The notes: generated by a model from the letters alone, not told the origin. 31,179 bases of DNA from Myxococcota bacterium (GCA_039030515.1 JBCCEA010000044.1:1-31179), one strand, 5' to 3'. Shown: positions 10,108 through 20,084, counted from the stretch's first letter. Numbers and translations are program-made.

Positions 10108-10230
10108 CCGAGACTCCTCCTCGCCTAGCCCACGACGTCGGGCCGTAGGTCGGTCAAGCGGGTACTCTGCGGGTAAAGTGATGTCAAATGGACCCGGTCT
10201 CGAAGCTGATGGAAAGCGACTTGGAGGAAG

Positions 10231-11463
10231 ATGCCGGCAGTGGTATTCCCCGAATGCATGAGTATCAGCCTTTCAGAACGAATGAACGTCGTAAAACCCT
10301 CCGCAACTGTCGCGGTTTCTCAGCGGGCAGCTGAACTCAGGGCGCAAGGGGTAGACGTTCTCTCCTTCAGCGTAGGTGAGCCGGACTTCGACACGCCAGC
10401 GCACATTCGCACAGCCGCAAAAGCAGCAATGGATGCGGGCTGCGGCAAGTACACGAGCGTTCGAGGTATTCCGGAACTACTCGATGCGATTTCGGCGGAT
10501 TCAGCCCGTCAGCGAGGTGGATTGAAGCACGAACGCAGCGAGATTGTCGTGTCGGTGGGCGCGAAGCACACGCTTTTCAACCTTTCGATGGTGCTGTTCA
10601 ATCCCGGAGATGAAGTGATCATTCCGGCGCCTTACTGGGTTAGCTACCCAGCACAGGTACGCATTGCCGAGGCAAATCCAGTGGTCGTTCAGACGACAGC
10701 CGACGACGGCTACCGAATCACTCCGGCACAGCTGCGCGATTCCGTTAACGAAAAGACAAAGGCTCTCGTTCTGTGCAGTCCTTCGAACCCGACGGGTAGC
10801 GCCTATTCGCCAGACCACCTCAGGGCGCTGGCAGGCGAGATTGCGAAGGGAGACTACTGGGTCGTCGTAGATGAGATCTATGCGCAGCTGGTATATGGAG
10901 GGTTCGATCAGCGTTCGCTTCTCGAAGTGGCCCCCGAGCTTCGAGAGCGGATCATCGTCGTCGACGGCGTTTCAAAAACCTACGCGATGACCGGCTGGCG
11001 AATCGGATGGATGCTCGGTCCCAAGCATGTAGCGAAGGCTTGTGAGAAGCTTCAGGGCCAATCCACCACCAACCCGACCGCTGTCGCGCAGCATGCAGCC
11101 CTTGCCGCGCTCACGGGTGACCGTGCTCCCATCGAGTCCATGCGGGTCGCCTTCGAGGAGCGTCGCTCCGTCATGGTGCAGGGTCTAGATTCGATCGCCG
11201 GGATCCGTTGTCGCATGCCGGAGGGAGCCTTTTACGCCTTTGCGGATGTATCGAAGCTCATCGGAACCAGGACCCCCGGAGGATCCACGCTGGAAAACGA
11301 CGTAGCGCTTGCCACGCACCTACTCGATTCGGCACGCTGTGCGACGGTCCCCGGCAGCGCTTTCGGTGCTCCCGGGCACCTACGGCTTTCCTACGCCGCC
11401 GCGACGTCTACGATTGAGGAAGGGTTGCGGAGGTTGCGTAAGGCAGTGTCCGAACTCAGCTAA
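10231..11463 (+). CDS. aspC: PLP-dependent class I aminotransferase (aspartate aminotransferase-like)
   Basis: VGEPDF, SPSNPTG, DEIY, SKTYAMTGWRIG, PEGAFY, LRLSYA; alternative start 10258. Confidence 0.9.
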   Translation: MPAVVFPECMSISLSERMNVVKPSATVAVSQRAAELRAQGVDVLSFSVGEPDFDTPAHIRTAAKAAMDAGCGKYTSVRGIPELLDAISADSARQRGGLKHERSEIVVSVGAKHTLFNLSMVLFNPGDEVIIPAPYWVSYPAQVRIAEANPVVVQTTADDGYRITPAQLRDSVNEKTKALVLCSPSNPTGSAYSPDHLRALAGEIAKGDYWVVVDEIYAQLVYGGFDQRSLLEVAPELRERIIVVDGVSKTYAMTGWRIGWMLGPKHVAKACEKLQGQSTTNPTAVAQHAALAALTGDRAPIESMRVAFEERRSVMVQGLDSIAGIRCRMPEGAFYAFADVSKLIGTRTPGGSTLENDVALATHLLDSARCATVPGSAFGAPGHLRLSYAAATSTIEEGLRRLRKAVSELS

Positions 11464-11464
11464 A

Positions 11465-12055
11465 GCCCAGGGGGCCTATGTCGGCCCAAACAGCTGCTTA
11501 CCTCCGATGCTCGTCGCTCAACGTACTTAAAGTACGCCTTCGCTCCTGCGCTTCGTGGGCGCTGGCTGTTTGAACCAACCTAGGCCCGCTGGGGTGTGGT
11601 GAGTGAGTCGGCCCAAACAGCTGCTTACCTCCGATGCTCGTCGCTCAACGTACCTAAAGTACCCCCCTCCTCCTTGGCCCAGGGGGCCTAGGTTGGTCGA
11701 AACAGCTAGCGCCCCGCACGCGCAGGAACGAAGGAGTAGTTCCGCTACTTCGAACGTCGAGCATGGGAGGCAAGCGGGCGTTCAGGCCTAGCGAGGCGTG
11801 CTGGGGGGTGCTGGCTGTTTGAACCAACCCAGACCCCCTGGGGGTGTGGTTGCTGAGTCGGCCCAAACAGCTGCTTACCTCCGATGCTCGTCGTCGTCAG
11901 GTACCAACTCGTACCCTCCTCCTTGGCCCAGGGGGCCTAGGTTGGTCGAAACAGCCAGCGCCCCGCACGCGCAGACGTGAAGGAGTATTAGCGATACTTC
12001 GAACGTCGAGCATGGGAGGAAAGCAGCTGTTTGGGCCGACATAGGCCCGCTGGGC
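11465..12055. repeat. Cluster of a ~130-bp palindromic MITE/REP-like element: full forward copy 11465-11594, half copies 11607-11662 and 11857-11915, reverse partial copy 11677-11775, full reverse copy 11926-12055
   Basis: Repeated GTCGGCCCAAACAGCTGCTTACCTCCGATGCTCGTCG and CCCAGGGGGCCTA...TAGGCCCGCTGGG termini; ~249-bp tandem duplication (11561.. vs 11810..); lies between convergent genes. Confidence 0.9.
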
Positions 12056-12085
12056 CGAGGAGGGTGAGTTGGCGTGAGCAGCGGC

Positions 12086-13192
12086 TCAGCTTGATTGCAT
12101 TGCTTCGGGAGGCTTGGAGCTTGAGAGTTCCGCGTTCGTGAGCGGTAGCGCCGATCGAAGCAGACATACGGCCGCGATGAGACTGAGCAAGTCGGCCATC
12201 CTGGTGGGGGAGGAGCCAGCCGCGACGTAAGCCAGCAAGCCTGCGCCTGCGAGTCGCGAAGTAGCTTTGGTTCCAAGCATCAGGCCGATCGATAGCCCGA
12301 TCGAGAGTGAAATGGGCGCACACAGAAGCGCGGGGTTCCCGCCGGTCGGTAGCTCGAGCTTGAACATGCCGTAGAGCAGATCTGCATGGCGAATCTGTTT
12401 GGTAAACAGGAGAGACGTGCCGGTGCCGACGGCGGATACAAGGAGAATCACAAAGGGCTGAAGATGGCGGCGGAGTCGGTCCAAAAAGTACGTCGACTCC
12501 GGTTTGGTGGTGCCAGCGCTGCGCAGATGAAGGTGTTTCCACTGCACTCGATAGATCACGCCTGCGATCGCGAGCGGAGCGATGACGTACAGAGTCTGGC
12601 CGATAGCTCGCAGCATCTGCGCGACCATGACTCCTCGATGCGATCCGAGTCGGGCGCTGACGACGGTGGTTGCGAATGCAGTGAAGCTCAAGACGATCGA
12701 GAGCGGTATGGCGGAAGACATCAGACGTACCTTGTTCCACGCCCCCCCTTTCGCCCGTAGCTCTCGCATGGCTTGAAGACTGAGATGGGTCGCGAGCACG
12801 TAGGCCGCAGAGGTCGCCATGCGAAGTAGATGCACTCGGCTGTAGTCGGCGGGCATCAAGAGTGCGCCAACTGCTGAAGGGAGGAACAGGAGAGAAAGCA
12901 GCGCGATCCCTGTGCGCTGAGACAGAGGCACATTGGAACCCGATCTCAGCAAGGCATGCAGCGTGAAACAGCTCGTTCCCACGGCTCCCACCGCACCGAG
13001 ATTACGAAAGAAGTCTCCGAAACGCACCATCGTAAGCGCCGTGTCGTGTTCCAGTGCCGGGTACGAAGCCGGTACAAGACCGCGGTGCACCAGCATTTCT
13101 AAAGTTGCGAACACCGCCGCGAACATGCCGAGCAGAAGGATAGCGGATCGCGAGAGCGGTTTGCTGACGGTCGGGTCGGTCGCTTGGGACAA
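12086..13192 (-). CDS. Hypothetical multi-pass membrane protein
   Basis: 368-aa ORF with many hydrophobic helices; GAGG upstream of the TTG start; no recognised motif. Confidence 0.7.
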   Translation of the reverse strand: MSQATDPTVSKPLSRSAILLLGMFAAVFATLEMLVHRGLVPASYPALEHDTALTMVRFGDFFRNLGAVGAVGTSCFTLHALLRSGSNVPLSQRTGIALLSLLFLPSAVGALLMPADYSRVHLLRMATSAAYVLATHLSLQAMRELRAKGGAWNKVRLMSSAIPLSIVLSFTAFATTVVSARLGSHRGVMVAQMLRAIGQTLYVIAPLAIAGVIYRVQWKHLHLRSAGTTKPESTYFLDRLRRHLQPFVILLVSAVGTGTSLLFTKQIRHADLLYGMFKLELPTGGNPALLCAPISLSIGLSIGLMLGTKATSRLAGAGLLAYVAAGSSPTRMADLLSLIAAVCLLRSALPLTNAELSSSKPPEAMQSS

Positions 13193-13386
13193 AGCTGTCG
13201 CTTCCTCAGAAGCCGAATCTACGAAAAAATGCGGTGTGTTTCAAATCTTGCGGACGTCGCCGAATCGGTAAGGCGTTCCCGTGCTGAAGACGTTTCCAAT
13301 GTTGCAGGTCGCGTGCGCTTCGAGTCTTGGGCCGCCCGAGTGCGGTGGCGCTTGCCGGGGCATCGGTCTGCGCGCTAAGCCACGGG

Positions 13387-14367
13387 ATGCTGCCGGCCAA
13401 TCCATCCTCGACCAGCTCTGTTCGGAATACCCCGCCCCGCCATACCGTTGCCGAGGCCAAAGCGCTCTATGCACTGCCGCTGACCGACCTGCTGTTTCGA
13501 GCACAAAAGGTTCATCGAGCGCATCATCCACCGGACGCGGTACAGCTCTGCACGCTCCTCTCTGTCAAAACCGGAGGCTGTCCTGAAGACTGCGCCTACT
13601 GCCCGCAAAGCGCACGCTATCAGACGGGGGTCCAGCGAGAAGAGCTGCTCGCAGTCGACGAGGTTCTAGAAAAAGCGCGCCGGGCCAAGGCGGTGGGGGC
13701 TTCTCGGTTTTGCATGGGTGCGGCCTGGCGAAGTGCCAAGGGAGGAAGCCAGTTCGAGCAGGTACTCGAGATGGTCAAAGGCGTACGTGATTTGGGGATG
13801 GAAGCTTGCGTGACCGCCGGCATGCTGACCGCGTCTCAGGCCGAGCGACTCAAAGACGCAGGACTGACGGCCTACAACCACAATCTGGATTCTTCCAAGG
13901 AGTTTTACGGGGAGATCATCTCGACGCGCACCTACGAGGAGCGTCTCGACACGCTGCGCAAAGTCGCTGATGCCGGGATTTCGGTTTGCAGTGGCGGCAT
14001 CATCGGCATGGGAGAAAGCGATGGGGACCGCGTAGGCATGCTGGTCACCCTTGCCAATCTAGATCCGCAGCCGGAAAGCGTGCCGATCAACGCGCTAGTC
14101 CCAGTCGAGGGCACTCCCCTTGGGGATCAACCCGAGGTAGATCCCCTGGACCTGGTGCGCATGTGCGCTACCGCGCGCATCCTAATGCCCAACGCGATGG
14201 TTCGTCTCAGCGCGGGTCGCACGCGCATGAGTCGCGAGGCGCAGATGCTTTGCTTTATGGCGGGAGCCAACAGCATTTTTTATGGAGACAAACTACTCAC
14301 CACCGGCAATCCCGACGTTGCCGCGGATACCAAACTCCTGGAAGATGCCGGACTTCGACCGCTCTAG
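13387..14367 (+). CDS. bioB: Biotin synthase (radical SAM)
   Basis: [65 protein letters not shown] 13387 preferred over TTG 13327. Confidence 0.97.
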   Translation: MLPANPSSTSSVRNTPPRHTVAEAKALYALPLTDLLFRAQKVHRAHHPPDAVQLCTLLSVKTGGCPEDCAYCPQSARYQTGVQREELLAVDEVLEKARRAKAVGASRFCMGAAWRSAKGGSQFEQVLEMVKGVRDLGMEACVTAGMLTASQAERLKDAGLTAYNHNLDSSKEFYGEIISTRTYEERLDTLRKVADAGISVCSGGIIGMGESDGDRVGMLVTLANLDPQPESVPINALVPVEGTPLGDQPEVDPLDLVRMCATARILMPNAMVRLSAGRTRMSREAQMLCFMAGANSIFYGDKLLTTGNPDVAADTKLLEDAGLRPL

Positions 14368-14446
14368 GTAGGAGCGAGCTCGCCGTCCCTAAGTCGCTGC
14401 CCGCCCCTCAGTCGTCAACCCTAGCCGGATTCAGCAGAGTAGCCTC

Positions 14447-14477
14447 GCCGAGGCCAGCAGAGCAGCCCGGCCTCGGC
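14447..14477. terminator. Possible bidirectional hairpin terminator between convergent genes
   Basis: GCCGAGGCC...GGCCTCGGC 9-bp stem; no clear U-tract. Confidence 0.35.
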
Positions 14478-15190
14478 TAGGAATTTCTTGGAGACCAACC
14501 AAAAGGGCCGCGGCTTACCGGAGCCGGAACAGCTGGAGGTGCGTATGAACCCCACGTCGCGCCGTGCGGTGTGGCCTTTCTGTGCGCCGCTCGCTGCTGG
14601 TCTTCTGCAAGAACCTCCAGGGTTTTGTAGTGATCAGTTGAATAGCCGATGAAGACGACCTTGCCGTTTTCAATCAAAAACAGGACTCTTTCGTCTCCGA
14701 CCACGTACGCGCTGACATCATAAGGTTTCTGAACTGCCTCTCTTGTCGGCGTTGCAACGTAGAATTTGACGAGGAGACAGTAACCCCGAGCGCCTTTAGC
14801 TATCCTCAACTCGGGATGCTGCTCGTTGTTCGCATACTCCGAACCGTCGTTGGACGTCATGTTCTCCAGCTGGGCATGTCCCGGTCGGAAGCACGCTTTT
14901 TGAGCATCTGGCAAAGTTCCCTCGAGCTTGAGACCACCTGAGAACCGCACCAGCGCGAGGCCGAGACCGTTAGGTTGTCGGTTCCCCACCGCGTTCCGAA
15001 CCAGTCGGGGATACTGCTTAGCGAGGCTGTTTGCCGGAGATTGAGCCAGATCGCCGGGCGCGTGCTTCCTCAGCTCTGCCCTTACGAGTGCATCATTGAC
15101 AGACATTTGGTTACCGCCGGACAACATAGGATTCATGAGCATGTCGTCGTGACCTGCATGTTCTGTACCGGGGGAGGTAGGTTCTCGCAA
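14477..15190 (-). CDS. Divergent barnase/RNase Sa (N1/T1 superfamily)-like protein
   Basis: Ordered motifs YANNE (cf. barnase FSNRE), VKFYVATP (cf. RNase Sa HEYTVITP), GDERVLF (cf. SDRILY), YSTDHYKT (cf. KTTDHYQT); start codon uncertain. Confidence 0.6.
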   Translation of the reverse strand: MREPTSPGTEHAGHDDMLMNPMLSGGNQMSVNDALVRAELRKHAPGDLAQSPANSLAKQYPRLVRNAVGNRQPNGLGLALVRFSGGLKLEGTLPDAQKACFRPGHAQLENMTSNDGSEYANNEQHPELRIAKGARGYCLLVKFYVATPTREAVQKPYDVSAYVVGDERVLFLIENGKVVFIGYSTDHYKTLEVLAEDQQRAAHRKATPHGATWGSYAPPAVPAPVSRGPFGWSPRNS

Positions 15191-15407
15191 CGCCCTGTGT
15201 ATCGCTTTTGCAGTCGTTTGCGGCGCCGGCGTTGCTTCGAGCCTGGTTTGAGGAAGCGTCAGGTGGCGACTATGGTTACCACCCGTAAACTCGGCGCACT
15301 GAATGCGTCCGGCGCGTGAGCGGCCTCGAGCAATGGAAAGCGCGCCGATAGAGGGATCGGCACCAACCGACCTATCGCGATCGGTTAGGCAGAGGCGCCT
15401 CGGTTGA

Positions 15408-15653
15408 TTAGGCAGAAGCGTTTTGGTCGAGGCTCTTGAGTACTCGAGCGTGCACCTTCGCGAGATCGGTAAGCTCTGCGAGTTCTTCCTCTGCGATCGA
15501 GATCTTATACTGGCGCTCTACCTCCGCCACGATCTCGATCGCCATCATGCTGTCGATACCGAGGTCAGCGAAGGGAGTCGTCTCCGGAACCTCGTCGATC
15601 TCGGCGACCTCCGCAATGATTTCAGCGAGCTTGGTTTTGATCTCCTGGGACAT
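15408..15653 (-). CDS. Acyl carrier protein
   Basis: 81-aa acidic protein with DLGIDSMMAIE phosphopantetheine site; GGAG RBS before ATG 15653. Confidence 0.93.
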   Translation of the reverse strand: MSQEIKTKLAEIIAEVAEIDEVPETTPFADLGIDSMMAIEIVAEVERQYKISIAEEELAELTDLAKVHARVLKSLDQNASA

Positions 15654-15706
15654 GATGCTTGTCTCCGACATTTCAGACGTGTTCAAACGCGACTTCGGTA
15701 CGAGAA

Positions 15707-17386
15707 CTAAGGGTGCTGCGCAAGACGACCGCTTTCGAAAAGCTGCTTTGCCTTTCGGCGCTGGGCCTTGCCGCTCGACGTTTTGGGTAGGCTGCCGACC
15801 GGAGCGATGCACACCCGATCGGGCGTCAATCCGAACTCGCGCTGGACGCATACCGGAATCTCACGACGCAGGCGCTCCGCTTCGGTCGAGTTGGCCTCGG
15901 CTGCGATCACCAACTGCTCCCGCCCCTCTTGCATCACGCTGAAGGCGAAGACGTTCCCCCGTCGCACGCCTTCGATCTCCGCCACAGCCCATTCGATATC
16001 TTGCGGATGATGGTTGGCGCCCCGAATGATGATCAGATCTTTGAGCCGGCCGCAGATGTAGAGCTGACCTTCAGCGAGGTAGCCAAGGTCTCCGGTGTGC
16101 AGCCAGCCGTCGCGGATCACCTCGTCGCTTGCCTCGGGGTTCTCAAAGTAGCCCGGCGTCACGCTGGGACCGCGAACGACGACTTCCCCCACACTTCGAG
16201 GCTCCAGTTCACGACCGTCCTCGTCGACAATATTCAGCTCATGCCCCGGAAAGGGCACCCCACAGCTTACCAGTTCGAGTGCCGGTCGTTCTGGCTCCGC
16301 GGGTAGGGCTTGACCGCGCTGCATCGCTTCCGCGTCGACGTTGTCGACCGTGATAGCCTTTGCGACATCGTGAAAACTGATCGCAAGCGTGCTTTCCGCC
16401 ATCCCGTAGCTCGGTAAGAAGGCGGTTTGCCGAAACCCTGCGGGCTCGAGTCGAGCTGCAAAGTCGCGTAGGGTGGAAGCCCGTATTGGCTCGGCGCCGC
16501 AGCCGGCAACCCTCAAGGACGACAGGTCGAGTTGCGCGATATCTCGATCTCGCAGCCTCTTCGTCACCAGCTGGTAGGCAAAGTTTGGCGCGTAGGTGAT
16601 GGTGGCTCGGTGTTTCGAGATCAGCTCGAGCCACATCCGTGGACTACGGCCAAACAGCTCCGTCGGGAAGAGAACTACGGGGATGTCACATACCAAGGTC
16701 CCCAGAACAAATCCGATCAGCCCCATATCGTGAAAGAGCGGAAGCCAGCTTACGCCGATGTCGTCATCCGACCGGTTGAGGCCGTCAGGTCCCAAAAAGG
16801 AACGGGCGTTGGTGATGACGTTGCGGTGGGTGACCATCACCCCCTTGGGCTTGCTGGTGCTTCCGGACGTAAACTGAAGAAAACAAAGATCCTCCGGCGT
16901 CAATTCGGGCTCTTTGAATCCGATAAGGTCCTCCGGGGTAGGGTTCAAATCGTCAGGCGCGATGAAAAAACGGACCTGCTTCAGCTTGCGTTGTTTCAGC
17001 TTTGAAACCAGTTCGAGGTTTCGCTGCATGCACACGAGCCATCTCGCTCCTGAAGTTTCGACAATGTGCTGTAGCGAATCGAGGTAAGCCTCGGTTTTTC
17101 GAAAAGAGGCTTGAGGGAAGATGGGCACGGGCACGGCGCCGGCAAAAGCCGCTCCAAGAAACGACAACACAAACTCGTGAGGCTCGGGGAGCACCATCGC
17201 GATCCGATCGCCCCGTTCGATCCCCAGGGCCTGTAGCCGAGCGGCGCGGCGCAAAGCCTCTGCCTCGAGCGCCTCGTAGCTAAAATACCGCTCTTGCCGA
17301 TCGAGTCCCAGGAACCGAAAGCCCCGATTTGGGTCTTTTCGAAGCTGACGAACGGCAGCGGTCAACGTTTCGGCAGTCTTTCGCAT
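15707..17386 (-). CDS. Fatty acyl-AMP ligase (FAAL)
   Basis: FLQFTSGSTSKPKGV, WLPLFHDMGLIG, GAEPI, SYGMAE, FAAL-type insertion (AITVDNVDAEAMQRGQA), TGDLGY, GRLKDLIIIRG, PKTSSGK; ATG 17386 likely. Confidence 0.92.
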   Translation of the reverse strand: MRKTAETLTAAVRQLRKDPNRGFRFLGLDRQERYFSYEALEAEALRRAARLQALGIERGDRIAMVLPEPHEFVLSFLGAAFAGAVPVPIFPQASFRKTEAYLDSLQHIVETSGARWLVCMQRNLELVSKLKQRKLKQVRFFIAPDDLNPTPEDLIGFKEPELTPEDLCFLQFTSGSTSKPKGVMVTHRNVITNARSFLGPDGLNRSDDDIGVSWLPLFHDMGLIGFVLGTLVCDIPVVLFPTELFGRSPRMWLELISKHRATITYAPNFAYQLVTKRLRDRDIAQLDLSSLRVAGCGAEPIRASTLRDFAARLEPAGFRQTAFLPSYGMAESTLAISFHDVAKAITVDNVDAEAMQRGQALPAEPERPALELVSCGVPFPGHELNIVDEDGRELEPRSVGEVVVRGPSVTPGYFENPEASDEVIRDGWLHTGDLGYLAEGQLYICGRLKDLIIIRGANHHPQDIEWAVAEIEGVRRGNVFAFSVMQEGREQLVIAAEANSTEAERLRREIPVCVQREFGLTPDRVCIAPVGSLPKTSSGKAQRRKAKQLFESGRLAQHP

Positions 17387-17594
17387 CAGAAGATTCTGGC
17401 CGTGCTGTAGCAGACATTCGTTCGATCCAACACTTCGACGAACGCCGATCCGACACTGAGATCGAAATCTACAGCATGGCTCGATCGCCCCCACCTCTTC
17501 TCTGTGCCGGAACTCCGAGGTGGGTCGCTAAACCTGAGTGTCCGTTCGGTCTGCTTGCATCTCCAGGTTCTCGCATTGTAAGAGGAGCGGCTTG

Positions 17595-18833
17595 ATGTCC
17601 CGAGTCTTTGTGACAGGCGTTGGCGTCGTCGCTCCGACTGCGATCGGTCGAAGCGAGTTCCATGCGGCTCTCTGTGCCGGTCGCAGCGGTGTCGCTGAGG
17701 TAACTCACTTTGATACCGCCGGGATGGACCGCACGCACGCCTGTGAAGTGAAGGGATTTCGATCTCGGGATCACCTTACAGCGGCTGAAGATCGTCGTTC
17801 CGGACGCTGTAGCGCTATGGCGATTGCGGCTGCGCGCATGGCGGTTGAAGACGCTGGGATGGAAAGTTCGCTCCTTTGCACCGATCGATGCTCGGTGATC
17901 CTAGGCACTACGATGGGTGAGGCGAACCTGCTTGGCGAGCTCGAGAAGGTGTGGATTCATGAGGGTGAGGAGGCGGTCGCTCCCACTCGGTTGCCCCGTT
18001 ACGGCACGACGCTTCTTCCCATCCACGTAGCACGCGCGCTCGGTGCACGAGGCATGGTGTTGACGCTCCCAGCGGCGTGTGCTGCAGGAAACTACGCCAT
18101 CGGATTCGCCTCGGACCAGATTCGTGAAGGCAGAGCGGATGTGGTGATCACCGGAGGTAGTGAGGTGATCGAGCGGCTGCAGTATGCGGGTTTTCTGAGG
18201 CTTGGAGCCATGGCGCCCGACCACTGTCGTCCTTTCGACGCGAATCGTCGAGGGCTCATCATCGGAGAGGGAGCGGGCATTTTGGTGCTCGAGTCCGAAG
18301 CGCACCTCGTCCGGCGTGGCGGGAGGCCTCTTGCTGAGGTCGGGGGCTACGGCTTGGCGTGCGATGCCCATCACATTACCCGGCCACATCCTGAGGGAGA
18401 AGGGAGCGAGCGTGCGATGCTTGGCGCGATCGCGTCCAGTGGCTTGACCGCCTCAGAGGTCGACTTCATCAACGCTCACGGGACAGGAACTCAGACCAAC
18501 GACCCGATCGAGAGTCGCGTGTTGGCACGCCTTTTCGGCGAGGGTGCAGTGCCGGTGAGCAGCATCAAGTCGATGATCGGTCACTGCATGGGCGCCGCGA
18601 GCGCTATCGAGGCCGTATCCTGTGTACTTACTCTGGACCATGACCTAATGCCCCCCACCATCCATCATGAGCACACCGACCCTGCCTGTCCTGTCGATGT
18701 AGTGGCCAATCGACCTAGGTCCCAGCGCGTGAACGTGGTGCTCAACAATTCTCTCGCATTTGGGGGTTACGATGCGGTGGTTACGTTTGCTCGCGTCGGA
18801 ACCCTACCTAACGTGGAAGAACGCGGTCACTGA
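17595..18833 (+). CDS. Beta-ketoacyl-ACP synthase (FabF/KSalpha-like), catalytically complete
   Basis: Cys-His-His triad in AACAAG, NAHGTGT and KSMIGH; GEGAG; NSLAFGG; RBS AGAGGAG before ATG 17595. Confidence 0.93.
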   Translation: MSRVFVTGVGVVAPTAIGRSEFHAALCAGRSGVAEVTHFDTAGMDRTHACEVKGFRSRDHLTAAEDRRSGRCSAMAIAAARMAVEDAGMESSLLCTDRCSVILGTTMGEANLLGELEKVWIHEGEEAVAPTRLPRYGTTLLPIHVARALGARGMVLTLPAACAAGNYAIGFASDQIREGRADVVITGGSEVIERLQYAGFLRLGAMAPDHCRPFDANRRGLIIGEGAGILVLESEAHLVRRGGRPLAEVGGYGLACDAHHITRPHPEGEGSERAMLGAIASSGLTASEVDFINAHGTGTQTNDPIESRVLARLFGEGAVPVSSIKSMIGHCMGAASAIEAVSCVLTLDHDLMPPTIHHEHTDPACPVDVVANRPRSQRVNVVLNNSLAFGGYDAVVTFARVGTLPNVEERGH

Positions 18834-20041
18834 TGCCCCTGTGTGTGACCGGAGCGGGGGTAGTGAGCACCCTCGGGGTGGGGCGCAAAAACTTTCATGA
18901 CGCCTTGTGCGACCTGCCGCAGACCGAGAGGCGTCTCGAGTCCTTGACCGAGGTTTCCATTGATGGAGCGCTCAGCACGACCCTGCTGAGCGATTTTGAC
19001 CCGAGTGAGTACCTGGGCAAAAAGGGGCTTCGGAACATCGATCGACTCACCGGCTTTTTGATCGTTGCGGGACGAGATGCGCTGCGCGATGCGGGTCTCA
19101 AGGGAGACGATGGCACCTTTCGAGTGTACGAGGCCCATCGGGTGGGCATCTGCTCGGCCACCGCATATGGCTCACTCGATGCGATCACCGAGCTCAACCG
19201 AGTCGCTGAACTCGAAGACCCCCGATACATCAATCCTGCTCGATTCCCGAACACGGTGATCAACGCTGCCGCAGGATATGTGAGCATTTGGGAAGGGCTG
19301 AAGGCGCCCAACACCACCATTGTGGATGGAAATTGCGGCGGACTCGACGCAATCCTTTACGCGGCAACACACCTGAATGCCGGACGAGGCGATGCGTTTC
19401 TGGTCGGCGGCGGTGAAGTGTGTAGTGAGCCCCTTCAGTTGGCGATGCGAAAGCTTGCTCGCTTTGCGCCTTCCTACGCTGGTGGGGCGCACGGTGGCGG
19501 TTCGGCGGAAGATCCTGGCCGAGCTTCGCAGTGCTTGCGACTGGGAGAGGGGGCGGTCTTTTTGGCGGTCGAGCGCACCTCCGATGCCTACGACCGAGGG
19601 GCCCATGTGCTTGCCCGTCTTGCCGGGTTTGGAACGGCATTCGAGCCTCCGTCGTCGGAGGCACAGCTTGTCGGCGTGTCGAGAGAAGCGATCGAGCGAG
19701 CGGCACGCGGAGCTATTTCCGATGCGGGGCTGCGCCCCTGTGATATCGACGTCGTTTGCGGTGCGTCGTGTTCTGCACGTGCCGTAGACACGGAAGAGAT
19801 CAAAGCGTGGGCATCGGTGTTCGGGGAGCAGACCGCGGTTGTCGCACCCAAGCGATTGTACGGCGAGACCTTTGGGGCGGCGGGAGCGTTTGGGATGCTT
19901 CATGCGCTCTCGTGGTTCCAGGGAGCCCCAATACAGCCGCTTCTTTCCGGGCATCTACCCTCACGAGTCGAACACGTATTGATTGCGACCGTCGGGTTCT
20001 ATGGCAACGTCAGCGCCGCGGTGCTGGCTCGAACGAGCTAG
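18833..20041 (+). CDS. Chain-length-factor-like (catalytically degenerate) ketosynthase
   Basis: KS-fold motifs (VTGAG, INPARFPNTVINAAAG, LGEGA); Asn at the catalytic Cys position (DGNCGG), HGTGT replaced by GASCS, second His replaced by Glu (KRLYGE); TGATG translational coupling to the upstream KS. Confidence 0.85.
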   Translation: MPLCVTGAGVVSTLGVGRKNFHDALCDLPQTERRLESLTEVSIDGALSTTLLSDFDPSEYLGKKGLRNIDRLTGFLIVAGRDALRDAGLKGDDGTFRVYEAHRVGICSATAYGSLDAITELNRVAELEDPRYINPARFPNTVINAAAGYVSIWEGLKAPNTTIVDGNCGGLDAILYAATHLNAGRGDAFLVGGGEVCSEPLQLAMRKLARFAPSYAGGAHGGGSAEDPGRASQCLRLGEGAVFLAVERTSDAYDRGAHVLARLAGFGTAFEPPSSEAQLVGVSREAIERAARGAISDAGLRPCDIDVVCGASCSARAVDTEEIKAWASVFGEQTAVVAPKRLYGETFGAAGAFGMLHALSWFQGAPIQPLLSGHLPSRVEHVLIATVGFYGNVSAAVLARTS

Positions 20042-20084
20042 CAAGCGAATGTCGCCGCGGACTTGATGGAGGTTTACCTAGTCG

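Noticed and set aside
11465..12055. CRISPR array
   Set aside because: Copies occur in both orientations, the intervening sequences are themselves repeated, units are ~130 bp, and no cas genes are present
11603..12740. ORFs across the repeat block, including 11988-12740 (250 aa) and 11875-12276
   Set aside because: Translations of palindromic repeats or alternative-frame shadows of the membrane protein gene; no protein motifs
19172..19954. 260-aa antisense ORF within the CLF-like gene, and similar shadow ORFs across GC-rich genes
   Set aside because: Expected from high GC and codon bias; no recognisable motifs
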